A DNA stretch of 63,000 nt, the filler included, from Bigelowiella natans CCMP2755 (Eukaryota; Protista; Cercozoa): the NCBI GenBank assembly GCA_000320545.1. It is 8 parts of 8 records of this genome, joined end to end, with 100 filler letters (N's around TTAATTAATTAA, not from the genome) between each part and the next. Parts side by side here need not be neighbours in the genome. Positions count along the whole stretch, not along the records: positions 1 to 10,962 come from ADNK01002318.1; positions 11,063 to 30,202 come from ADNK01000944.1; 6 more parts are not named here. One strand, 5' to 3'. Under the pieces are notes generated by a model. The model did no database searches, was not told the origin of the DNA, and saw only the letters and a list, made by a program, of their open reading frames with translations. The position numbers and the translations under genes were made by a program. Positions 1-11,258 of the stretch are shown piece by piece. How positions within the stretch are numbered: position 1 is the first letter of the stretch; each line of letters opens with the position of its first letter.

Positions 1-113
1 GGAGAGCGGGAAAGCGGGGGGGGGGGGGGGGGGGGGGGGGGAGTGTTCTTCCGATTGTCTTGGCGTTTATCGTTGTTGCTGCTGCTGCTGGTGCTGGTGG
101 TGGTGGTTTGTAG

Positions 114-525
114 GTCTGTAACACAAGAAGACGCTCGTTTGGCAACACCCATGCGGGAGAGAGGTCACTCCGTGCCCAACCCAAGCCCAAGCCCGGGGGG
201 TGCTCTCATGGCTCCTCCATCGTCGCGGGCGCCTAACTTCCTCCGGAGGGGAAATAGCAGCTGTACGTACCTGCCCACCACCGCCGCTGCTGCTACATAT
301 ACTACCACTACTATTGTTCGCTGTGTTGCGTATAAATTTCCGGCAAGTTTTACGACGTGAAGATGTGCTGTGGGCAACATCCGGTGTCCGTGCTTACGTC
401 GTTATCACCATCATCGTCATCACTCGATGCAGCGTGGTTGAGTGAATGTGCCTCACCCTCAGGAGTAGAAAGATACTCACTGTTTTTGGCCGTTTGTTCC
501 GTTGTGTCTCCCCCCCCCCCTCCCA

Positions 526-580
<55 letters not shown>

Positions 581-2071
581 TGTGTGTTTGTGTTTGTGTG
601 GGAATATGTTGCTACAGTGTCCGTTAATGACCAAGGCGACGAAATCAGCGTCAGATCTGTGGAGGGGTACGCCGCCTTGCTGCTGTGTTGTTTGCATCGC
701 TCGTTAGCACGGAAATTGTGGTTGGTTGGTGCAGCTGCGGAGCTCTGTAGTAGCGAGTGGGGGGGGGAGAGAGAGAGAGAGGAGTGTTGTTGCAGCATAT
801 ACCAACATTCAATCAGTGGTAGCAGCAGTGGCAACGAGTGGTGAACGATTATATAATCTTGCTCTGTTCCCCTGCTGCTATGCTATCCCGACAACAACAA
901 CAACAACAACACAGAAAGCACAGCAAGGCGAGCAGCGCGGACATGCTGGCGCAGGTGGAGACGTGCATCACGGGGCTTGAACGGACGATACGCGAAGCGA
1001 GCAAGTCTTCCTCAGAAGCGATTGAGGTCTCTGCGTGTGCGTGTGCGTGTGTGTTGTGTGGATTTATGATATGTTCATCGTTTATATGTCCGGTTTATTG
1101 GGCGTGCATACATGCATGATGACTACGCGAAACGGATTTTGCTATCGTGGTGTGGAGAGCAGTAGCATCGTCATCATCATCGTTGTCGGTCGTTATCATC
1201 ATCATCATCATCATCATCAGGGGAAGATCTCTACCAGCATGGAGCAAGCGACGAAGGACATCCACCAACGGATTATGGTAGTATTACTATCAATAATAAT
1301 AATAATTGCAACGCTAATCGTATTAATAGTAGCAGTAGTAGTAGTAGTAGTAACTCCATCTTTTCTGCTGTGCTCACGAGTAGAACGAAGTTGGCGAAGT
1401 GAAGCGCATGATTACATCCGCCAAGTGGGCCACAGGGGGCGAGGAGATCAAGCTCAAGGTGCGGTGGTGATGATGATGGTGGTGGTGGTGGAACGAATAC
1501 TCGTTTTATATGAAAGAGAGGGGGGTGGGGGGGGGGGGGGTAGTGAACATCAGGATAGATCCAAACTGTTTAATGGTACGTGTTTTTGACGTGGTCGCAT
1601 TATTATCATCATCATCCATCATCGCCAGGTGCTGCAGGGGGAGGATGGCGTGCTGGCCAAGCTGCAGTCCCTTCCGAACGTACCACGAATGCAAACACAA
1701 CAAACAAACAAAAATTTGGATGAGGAGGAGGAGTGTATTGGGTGGATTATATCGCTTGCGAGCGTAGTTGTGGGTGTTGTGTTGTGTTGTTAACTGGGCG
1801 TTAAGTCCTCTGAGTTCTGCTCTATATCAGCCAGGATTGATTCGTATAGCTATTCATGGTGGTCCTCATTCCTCATCATCGTCGTTGTGGTTGTCGTCAT
1901 CATTACCAGGCCATCGAAGGGTCTCTCAAGACGCTTCTGAAGGACATCGCAGCCAAGATGGATAAGTTGGAGCTGGCGGTCCACAAGCAGGTAGGGGGGG
2001 GGGGGATTAGTAGTATATGAGGCATTTGTCGTCGAAGCCGAATGACTCTGATATGTGCGTTCGAATGTGTC

Positions 2072-2110
<39 letters not shown>

Positions 2111-2572
2111 CGATGATCTTGCCAGGTATATCCGATTAAATACATACCTTCTTTTTGTTCTCTTTTGATGCTACTACTACTACTACTTGGCAGGACATGC
2201 AAGCAGCGACCCATCTGGAAGTCATTCGAAGCCTCACCAAGGCAATGCACCCATTGAGAGTTCCGCCATATGATTGATGCAAAGAAATCAAGGGCGCGTT
2301 TCGGGGAGAGAGCGGCTAGATGCTAGCAGCGACGAATCTTGCGTTGATATACTGTTTTTCTTGTTCTTATCAGGGCGCATCCGTGGCGGGCGGCTCGCAC
2401 ACGGCCGCAGCGCCTATGTCGATTCAGCCTCTTCTTGAAATCTGTAATATGATGATGATGATGATGATGATGGTGAATAGAATTGATAGCTGCGCTTGTG
2501 AGGAGGAGGATGTGTGGCCGTTTGAATCCTTGCTTGTCCTTTTCTCATTTGCTGTATTGATGAGCTTGATTG

Positions 2573-2608
<36 letters not shown>

Positions 2609-3335
2609 AGAAATGGGAAATACTTTTGCGATTTACTAAACCGGGTTGCCTTCCTTTCCTGCCTCAACCCCCCTCCCTCTCTCCCTATCTCTTTCTCTTT
2701 CTCCTCTTCCTTGGGCAGTGAGCAAGAATCAATCGGAGTTGCGGGAGCAAGGGAGGACGCTGGGCAACGAAGTGGCTTCTAGCATGACCAAGATTGAGCG
2801 CATGCTATCCGACACCAACACCACCCTTACAAAGTACTAGAAGTTGTAGTAGTATGCTAGATCTGTTGGGCCATCTTGCTGCTCTTGGTTTTATTCCTTT
2901 ATTCACCCACAGGCTCGCCAGCACCAGCGCAGCCATGCCGGAGATCGTCAAGAGGTGTGAGTTTGATTGATTGGTTGATTGTGTGGCCGCTGATCGCATA
3001 AGACACTCGAACAGCCTGTCCTCCCTGGCCCACTCACTCTAATACAAGAGTGTGATGAACATGACGACGATGTTGGGCACGGCCGCCATCCCCCCCCCCC
3101 CCCCCTCCCAGCCACCACCGCTCTTATTTTTTTGTTTTTTCACTGTTCCTGATGGCGTTTGATATCACGTTTCGATTCTGTTATTTAGCGCTGTGGCTCG
3201 CGCCAGCCGCCCGTCATTCGGCGACAGTGTTACCCCATCCACGCTTGGGGGGGGTAAATCCCCTGACGATGCCAAGGGAGATGTCTCAGATACGTGCAAC
3301 CGCATAGCATTCCAGGTGAAAACTATACGTTGATT

Positions 3336-3389
<54 letters not shown>

Positions 3390-3923
3390 ACTGTATATAT
3401 CTACATATCTCTAGCGGTAGCCGTAGTCTCTCTTCCCGTGTATTATATCATCTGTGATGATGATGATAACGATGATGACGATTGCAATGCGCTCGTCAGA
3501 CCGTTGAGATCGTGAGAAGCAAGGTCAACTCAGCCTTCGACGGGTAATAAATATTATCCGCATATGAGTAATGGCGTCAGTGATGATTTCCGGCCCATTC
3601 CCCTTTTTCCTCTTCTTCCGAAAGATCTTACAGCGACGTTTTTTTTCCCCCCATCTCATCTCATCTCATTCTCATCTCATCTCATCTCACCTCGTCCCAT
3701 TCGATTGAACTTAAACTCTGTTAGCGCAAGGCATCAGTCGACAGAAGTGATCAACTCGAACACGCGTCTGGCAAATTCCATCGAGAAGATGAACGACCGA
3801 CTGCTCGCAAAGTAACAACAATCGAACCACCGCGCCGTGAAATCCCAACTCCCCCTCCCTCCTGCCCTTTTCCTAACCCATTCACAAACCGAGAGGCTTG
3901 GCTTGGAGAATGACCGACCCGAA

Positions 3924-3967
<44 letters not shown>

Positions 3968-3987
3968 TTCTGGCTGCATTCTCCCAG

Positions 3988-4029
<42 letters not shown>

Positions 4030-4233
4030 TGTATATGTCGATATCATCATCCGTGATGATCATAGATGCCTTCCTCATCATGTCCTGCCCCCCTCCCGTA
4101 CAGAATGGAAACAGGCATCGAAGCACGCGTGCAGGCGAAGGTGGAGGGGGAGCTGCTGAAGGTGGCGGGCACATCAGCCGTTGCTGGCATATTGCTCGGC
4201 ATGCTGGCGCTCAAGCTTTTCGCTCCGAAGTAG
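114..4233 (+). CDS. Multi-exon coiled-coil protein with C-terminal transmembrane (tail) anchor; 5' end outside window
   Basis: Series of GT-AG-bounded helical exons (ADMLAQVETCITGLERTIREASK, KISTSMEQATKDIHQRIM, SELREQGRTLGNEVASSMTKIERMLSDT, EVINSNTRLANSIEKMNDRLLAK). Last exon METGIEARVQAKVEGELLKVAGTSAVAGILLGMLALKLFAPK* (TAG 4231-4233). Internal exon boundaries approximate. Confidence 0.65.
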
Positions 4234-4959
4234 GAGAGGAGACGGTGAAGGGGGGGGGGCGGCTTAAGTGGTTGTGCGTTTTTCACTGATATTCGCGCCG
4301 CCCGTCGCAGGCTCGACAGTTTTACGATGCGCCTCGGAGGTTTTTGGTCTTTCGTTTACATCATCGCCGACCTGCTTTGAATAGTTCCTCCCCCCCCCCT
4401 TTCCTCTCCCTCCCCATCGATCTCGATTCGCTGTATGTTGGTGTTAAATTTTCTTCTGTCCTTTTCTCTTTCTCGTTCTCTCTCTCTTGCTCCTTCCTCT
4501 GTCCTACGTTGGCATTGTTGTTATTATTGTTCTTGGCGCGATTCCGGCCTTGAACACCTCTCTTCGCCGCTTGTGAATAAAAATTCGCTCATTTTGGTTT
4601 GGCTTCGGGGGGGGGGGGGGGGGGGGGGGTATTTTCTATTAATCCATCATGGTGGTTTTTTCATATTTTCCCGTCATTTTAACGAAATGCTGGGATTCAT
4701 TTTTTTCTTGGAACAATGTCGCATCTCTTAAGTCACATGCGTCAGTTTGAAGAAGGAAGGTCCGACCTTGCGTGGACGATGCCATCTCTTTCAACCGCTT
4801 TGCTTCTTATAGCAATGTTCTAAGATTGTAGTTATCTCTCTGCATTAAGAAGTATAGAGTGCTACATCTCGTTGTTCTAAGTCGTACTCCTCATCATGAA
4901 AGAAGCGGCGGTGGTGTTCACTTGATATAATATTTTATTCGTCAGCATAGCATGCATAT

Positions 4960-5700
4960 CTTGTTTCAATTTCGCATGTGCTTTGAAAATCAGCCTTTCA
5001 ATGTGATTTCCATAATTGTCCATGTGTGTGATCGCACCACTGAACATTTGCACGAGCTTATGCTAGCTAGCTAGAGCTCCTCCCGCCACAGTGCGCTAGT
5101 CTGCGTGTTGATCAGACACAGCATGCTATGCTAGCACAGGCGCATCTGTTCGACTGTTCGACCTCCATGCAGTGTGTGCGCACGCTAGCACGACAAAGGT
5201 AGCATGTACGTAGGCGATCTAGCGATTCACATGGCTGGCCATTTCCAGATTTAGCCTTGCAGCATGATGATCGAACACATCACGTGTACCTGGTCAAAAT
5301 GACTGGTCACATGCAATCATGAGACAATGAGCAGAGCCTGCGCATGTGCTGGCCTGCACGATGACGTAGTAGCTAGCGTCTAAGCTAGTAAGCTAGCTGT
5401 GACATTTGAAATCGCGCATGCATTGAATGTCCATTCCTTGCAATTACACGCATCGATCATTGTTCTCAGCTGCTCTGTTCTCAATGATGAAGATGCGACC
5501 ACGAAGCAACATTCAACCACAACGAATGCTAAAATGTCATGTCATTCTAGCATTGCATTCTAGCTAGCATGTGCAAGGTGGCGGTTGATGTTCATTTTCT
5601 CCACACGTTCGAGCTAGTATCAATAATGATGACTAGATGACACTACACACAAACACATCTAGACATCTAACTTGCTAGCTAGACATGTCAATTTGTGGGC
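4960..5700. repeat. Partially TpA-depleted, CTAG-rich degenerate repeat island
   Basis: Rich in TGCA/CATG; most surviving TA are in CTAG (gctagctagctag at ~5062). Shares a motif block with 8105-8235. Confidence 0.55.
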
Positions 5701-5753
5701 CCGCTGATGATGGACGGCGTCTTCCCACATAATAGACACAGCAATATGGCATG

Positions 5754-5795
<42 letters not shown>

Positions 5796-6310
5796 TATTG
5801 CATGTATCATCCACTCTCCCCAGATGAATAATTCGCGCGCATGTACGTGTACGTTGGGTAACTTTGTCACAGTCTGGGTAGTTTCAAATGATAGCTAGAT
5901 ATGGTAGTCTGCCTCCACCTGATTGCCGCGACACAATTGGAATGTGTCCATATTGAAGGTTTTGAACTGAAATAAGAGCTTTCGAAGTGTTACGATGATG
6001 GAGAAAATCATCCATCAAGTGCATTGCTAGATTGGCTCCTTAGCCTGGGAAATGCGAGCAAAATATACGGCAGACGATGATTGCTGTGTCTATTATGACG
6101 GCCCTGGCGTATTCAGATCAAGCTCAATGTTTGCAGTGGTCGTTGTGGTTTTCACATGAATGGTCTACACATTGTTATCTGTTACATGATTCTGCTCTCT
6201 CTGCGCACACACATCAAGGTACACATGTAATGATGATTATGTGCATGTTTTGATGTGATCCCTGGCTTGTACCACTACTGCTGAACAATTTAAACCAAGC
6301 ATCATTTCCA

Positions 6311-6892
6311 TCACACGAAAGCTTCTTGCAGTCTCATGTTTTCTTCTCTGCAAGAAGATTTTAGGCCTAGCGTCCACGGTAGGAATGTGCTTCTAAATGC
6401 CTTGAAATCTGTGATGTAGCGACGCACATCGCTTCCTCCCTCCTCAGTTCCTCCTTCTTTGAATGTCCATTCTACATTGAACGTTGCGTTGGCATTTTCA
6501 ACATCGTTGGTGGAGAACAGAGTTATTCTATAAGCCAACTTTCGACTAGATGTTTCGTTCTGGGGATTGGGGTCATCGATCTCCTCAAACACGACTGTGT
6601 TGCTCTTGTTCGAGACCATGAAGCTTCGCAGAAGGCCGGAGGATTTGTTTTCAACTTCCCCGCCTGATTTATCATACTTTCGATTCGACACGTTGCCACT
6701 TTGGAAGTTCGGTATGATCATGAGCCAAGAATCCGGATTACGAAGATGTGCATCGACCTTGAGAGAGGAACAAGTGAGTTGTGAAAATGACACAGCGAGT
6801 TTACTTCAGATAACCTGCAACGGCGTTGCGTTGACATGAAAACTAGCGTCCATCAGCACAGCTGCTCGGTGGCAGCAGCAGATGCACCCCAT
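6311..6892 (-). CDS. Two-exon ~174-aa protein, probable SRPBCC/START-like fold with N-terminal MGCICCC acylation motif
   Basis: Exon 1 6892-6815 (MGCICCCHRAAVLMDASFHVNATPLQ, GT donor) splices in frame to exon 2 6757-6311 (VDAHLRNPDSWLMIIPNF...LQEAFV*). VNATPLQVDAHLRNPDSW resembles the SRPBCC N-terminal pattern; the fold call is inference. Confidence 0.55.
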
Positions 6893-7299
6893 CACAGAGG
6901 GACAGCCGGGATGTAGAGATATTTCGGATGCCCAACTCGCACGGGGGGAGAGAGGGAAAGAAGGGAGGAGATAATACGATGTTTCTAGCACGAATATTTG
7001 ACTACAAGCAAGATCCTGAACCTATTTCAAGTGAAGCTTTTGATGGGTGAGGAAGGGAGGAAGAAAATGCGATGTTTCTAGAACGAATATTTGATTACGA
7101 GCAAGATCTTTCAAGTTAGTTATTTGATTGGTTACCCGCTACTAACCGACTTCATGTAACGCAGAGCGAGTCGTCACCGTCTTGCTGAAACTGTGGACAA
7201 CGGAGCGCTTCACTGAAGTTAGATCTAGTTCGTACACTGCAAATGTCTTGTCACACGCTAGATTTAGCTCGAGGCACTGCGTTTCGTACACTGCAAATG

Positions 7300-8300
7300 T
7301 CTTGTTGCATTTTGGAAATGCAGTTCATTGTCATTGTTCATTGTCATTGTTCATTGCGCGTTCGCCAGGAGCCTGTCAATGATGGCTTGAATTTCACTTC
7401 TGCCACTCCAGGAATGGTGGAGCTGCAAAACACAAACGAATCAATTTGTTGTCAGCACCATTGTCATGCATCCTGCACATGCTCCGCTGTGTGGTGCTGC
7501 ACGCGCGCACCGATCGCATCGCTCGGCACTGCGAAAAAGCAACAAAGGTCGTGGAATCAAAAGCACTCGCTTCCATGAGACGGATTGAGTACGTCAAGTG
7601 TTGCGTGCGATGCTGGTCGATCCAACCACCAGAAATACGAGGAAAAACCTGACAAAGGAAGGAACAAATCAAAGAAAGCTAGCAAAAAAAATGATTTGGA
7701 ACCCGACAAAGGACTAGAGGAAGGAAAGAATCAAAGGAAGCTCGCAAAAAAAGTGGTGTGGGAAGAATGAAGGCAAACAACGTTCTGACTCGCAGAAGCC
7801 ATGCATGCCTAGACGTGCGAGTATGCACTGAGCACTGCATGCACATGCAGTGCACATGAACCCAAATTGCAGCGAAATGCCAAATGATCCGCCAGTGAAG
7901 CACTGCTCACGTGCTTGACGGCAGCCCACATGCACAGGAGAATGATGGACATGTGACATCACATGCATGATGCACATGATGCAGCATGTGCTGTCATTGC
8001 TGTGTCTGCAATGAGATGTGCACGCACAGCACGCGTCCACACGTGCGCAAAATGTGGGCGATTCATTTGCATGTGCGACCATTTGATTAGCCATGCGCTA
8101 GCATGCACACATGCACCTGGTCAATGAAACTGGTCACACCATGCAGGCGGCGCCAAGAGTCTACTAGTTGCCTGCTCTAGTGCTGGCTAGCTGGCCTGAC
8201 ATTTGAAATCGAATAAATGTCATTTTTTGCAAGCAGCATGACTGCATGCGCAGAATCACAGATACGATGCGACATTGACTGGATCTACCCTGCACCGCGA
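7300..8300. repeat. TpA-depleted repeat island
   Basis: Few TA; contains apparently converted microsatellites (ttcattgtcattgttcattg at 7324, tgcatgcacatgca runs) and internal short duplications. Confidence 0.6.
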
Positions 8301-8756
8301 GCAGGGCAGTGCTCATGTGCAAACGTTAATTTAATTTACGCTCTTAAGCAGGCCATGTACATGTACGTGCGATCGATGCTAGCGATGCTGAACGCTCAAA
8401 AATAAAGCACAACATGTACTCATTGCATAGTGGCTGCGTATTAATATTTTGTGACTCATTATTCGGTCGTTCTATTTGTTTCTGTGCTACTATCTGGCGA
8501 TATTCCTGATCTCTCTCCAGCCACAACCACCGCTAGCAGCGTCCACATATGACACGCAAGCTATGTTTAATAATTTGTATCCCTGCTGTGTATATCCTAG
8601 ATAGTTCCTAGAGTTAATATGTGTTGAGAACATACAAGGCCGGTAAGCTAGAGAGAAACGAGAGGCAGCAGGAGTAAATGGGCGGGGGTATAGGAACGAA
8701 GGGGGAATTTCAGTAGCTGATGGCACAGCGAATGACAACGTCGCAGGTCGTCGTCC

Positions 8757-9040
8757 TCACAATTTTTCTTGTGAAAATGTGAGCATCGGTGAGGGTGCCT
8801 CGTGCTGTCGCGCCCACCGCGCGAACGCATCCTGCAATATAGACGACGACGAGGAGGAGGAGGAGGACGGGGTTTGGGCAAAGATAACATGTCAAAGTGG
8901 TTGAGGAGACTCAGAAAGCAATCAATCCGATGGTTTCCGTTATCGTTGATCGCGATGAAGGAACCGAGATCGTTGTCAAGCCAGCCGTATCGACGCGATG
9001 ACAGCACTGTACTATTGTGTGTGCATGCTTGAGAAATGCG

Positions 9041-9093
<53 letters not shown>

Positions 9094-10618
9094 CCCGTGC
9101 TACGTCTAGTTTGTTCGGATCGCGGCAGTAAACTCTTAGAATCTGAGCACAACACGTGCATTTGGGTTAGGATCATTGTTACATTCCCACGTTCTCCTCG
9201 TCTCTCTCTCTCGCTCTCGCTCTCTCTCTCTCGCTCTCCCTCCCCCACCCCGCCCCCTCTCTCTGTCTCTGCGTTCTTCTTGTTCGTCACTATCGTTCTT
9301 CTTCTTCTTCTTCTTTATTGGTGGTACCTCCTCTTGGAAAGAGCAGGGGAGAGACGTCTCGTATCTGGCAAGGGAAAATACCAACAAATGCCACCACTTA
9401 GTGCTGCTGCTTCTGCACGCCAAAGAAGCAAAAACAGCAGCTGTGCTCGTGTTTGCGCGAGCGTGGCACCGAACCCCTCGTTCTCCCTTTTGTTGACATT
9501 CTTCTTCTTTTCATGAGGACATGAGCTCTTGTTTCACGATCAAGCATCGAAAATGGGGGGGGGCAGCATCATGCGGATGATAATGAGAGAGCTCATTCAA
9601 GAAGATACGAGCAGCACATACTTGTTTTCCTTAAATTCCTTCGCCTCGCCTGGGTGAGAAGGGTAGAATCGGCCAAATGAACAACGATGCGGTAACACAT
9701 AGAAAAAACGAGGAGGGGGGAGGGGGGGCTGTGTTGGAGCACACTTTTCGTCTGGATCTTCAAAATCCTTTAGAGTAACAGTCAACATCATCATTTTCAT
9801 CTTCATCTAGATCGTCTTACTTCCATTCTTCTCAAAGAACGCGATCCTTAGCAAAGGGTTGTCATGCTTCGCCTTCGGAGTAGAAGGATCCATGAGGGAA
9901 GGAAGGAAGGAGGGGGGGAAAGGGGGGGGGGGGGGTTCTTTCCATCAAAAGCCATTTCAAAATGCGCGCCTTCTTTTAGTATACGGCGAAGATTGAAGCG
10001 AGAACGATGAGTATAGGGGGACAATTGTTGCGATGGATAATACCCCGTAGTGGCACTTGCTAATCTTCACGATAATATCCTGTTTATGTTTGCGTGTGCG
10101 CGTTTGTGTGCGTGTGCGTGTGCGTGTGCGTGTGCGTGTGCGTGTGCGTGTGCGTGTGCGTGTGTGATTCCAGGCATTGAGAGACTCCTCAAAAAGAATG
10201 GGAAAAAATCGTGTGTCGCATTCCTGCTGCATGCCTCACAAGTGCATGCATGCTCGCTTGTTTTCTCCAAAAACATCCACAGCTTATCTCATCTAATCCA
10301 ATCATTATTTATAACACTGTTCTCAACCCCCCCCCCCTTTTTCCCTCCTCCCCGTCGTTGCTCGTCCTCTTCCTCCTCCTCACTGTTCTTCATCTTCTAC
10401 AACTTCTCTTACCTGCTTGTCTAATCCCATTGCAAGAGCTACCAGCTATGAGACGACGAAAACGAAGTAACAGGAACGTCCGTCAGGGTTGTTTCATTAG
10501 CACGAATATATTCAAAGGGGAGAAAAGATATTTCATGGAAAAGCTAAAGACAGATGCCATCCTAAGTGAAACATCGGTATTCTCTCTGTGTACCGTAGCA
10601 ACGAATACCATGATCTCC

Positions 10619-10659
<41 letters not shown>

Positions 10660-10962
10660 AAACCTCTTCCTCGGTTGCCTTCTCGCTAATCTCATCCTCT
10701 TGATCGAGATTCAGCTGCGAGCAGAGGAATAACGGCCAGCATTCAGTCACATTGTCAATGGAGAGAATCTTAGAGATAACACCGGCTTTTGCTTGGCCCC
10801 CCTCCCCCCCGCCCCCCCTCCCTGCCCACATCGCCGCCGCGCTATGCTGACACACCCACACGCGACAGCGAAGAGCGCAGCCTCTGCTCTGTGATATGGA
10901 AGGGCTTGAAAACTTAAGTTCAAGCCCTTCTACATTCATTTTAGAGGTATGATGAAAGCAAG
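8757..10962 (-). CDS. SAMHD1: SAMHD1-like HD-domain dNTP triphosphohydrolase, 3' exons only (cut by spacer)
   Basis: Spliced peptides DIIVKISKCHYG / AKHDNPLLRIAFFEK / YETSLPCSFQEE / ILRVYCRDPNKLDVAR / DAFARWARQHEAPSPMLTFSQEKL* match the SAMHD1 C-terminal motifs (DFIVDV..DYG..NP; LLPEKFAEQLIRVYCK). Stop at 8757-8759. The HD core is not in the window. Confidence 0.75.
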
Positions 10963-11062
10963 NNNNNNNNNNNNNNNNNNNNNNNNNNNNNNNNNNNNNN
11001 NNNNNNTTAATTAATTAANNNNNNNNNNNNNNNNNNNNNNNNNNNNNNNNNNNNNNNNNNNN
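10963..11062. other. Artificial contig spacer (N44-TTAATTAATTAA-N44); same spacer at 30203-30302, 50824-50923, 53738-53837, 55379-55478, 60366-60465, 61592-61691
   Basis: Identical 100-bp N runs containing a six-frame stop linker. Confidence 0.97.
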
Positions 11063-11209
11063 CTACAACTGTTACCAAAGCTGGTCTACTTGGGTGTTCT
11101 TTGCGAGAGCCTGACAAATGGGTTTGATCCCTTTTGCATCGATTTCATTACCGGCAATGTACCTAGAGGCACGGTGAGTTATGCGTGTGATTCATGCCCC
11201 CAACTTACA

Positions 11210-11258
<49 letters not shown>

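Noticed and set aside
3294-3515. ORFs with YIYI, SLSL, CVCV or poly-H runs throughout the window
   Set aside because: Translations of intronic microsatellites.
11007-11018. Recurring TTAATTAATTAA palindrome within N runs
   Set aside because: Artificial six-frame stop linker used to join contigs; not biological.
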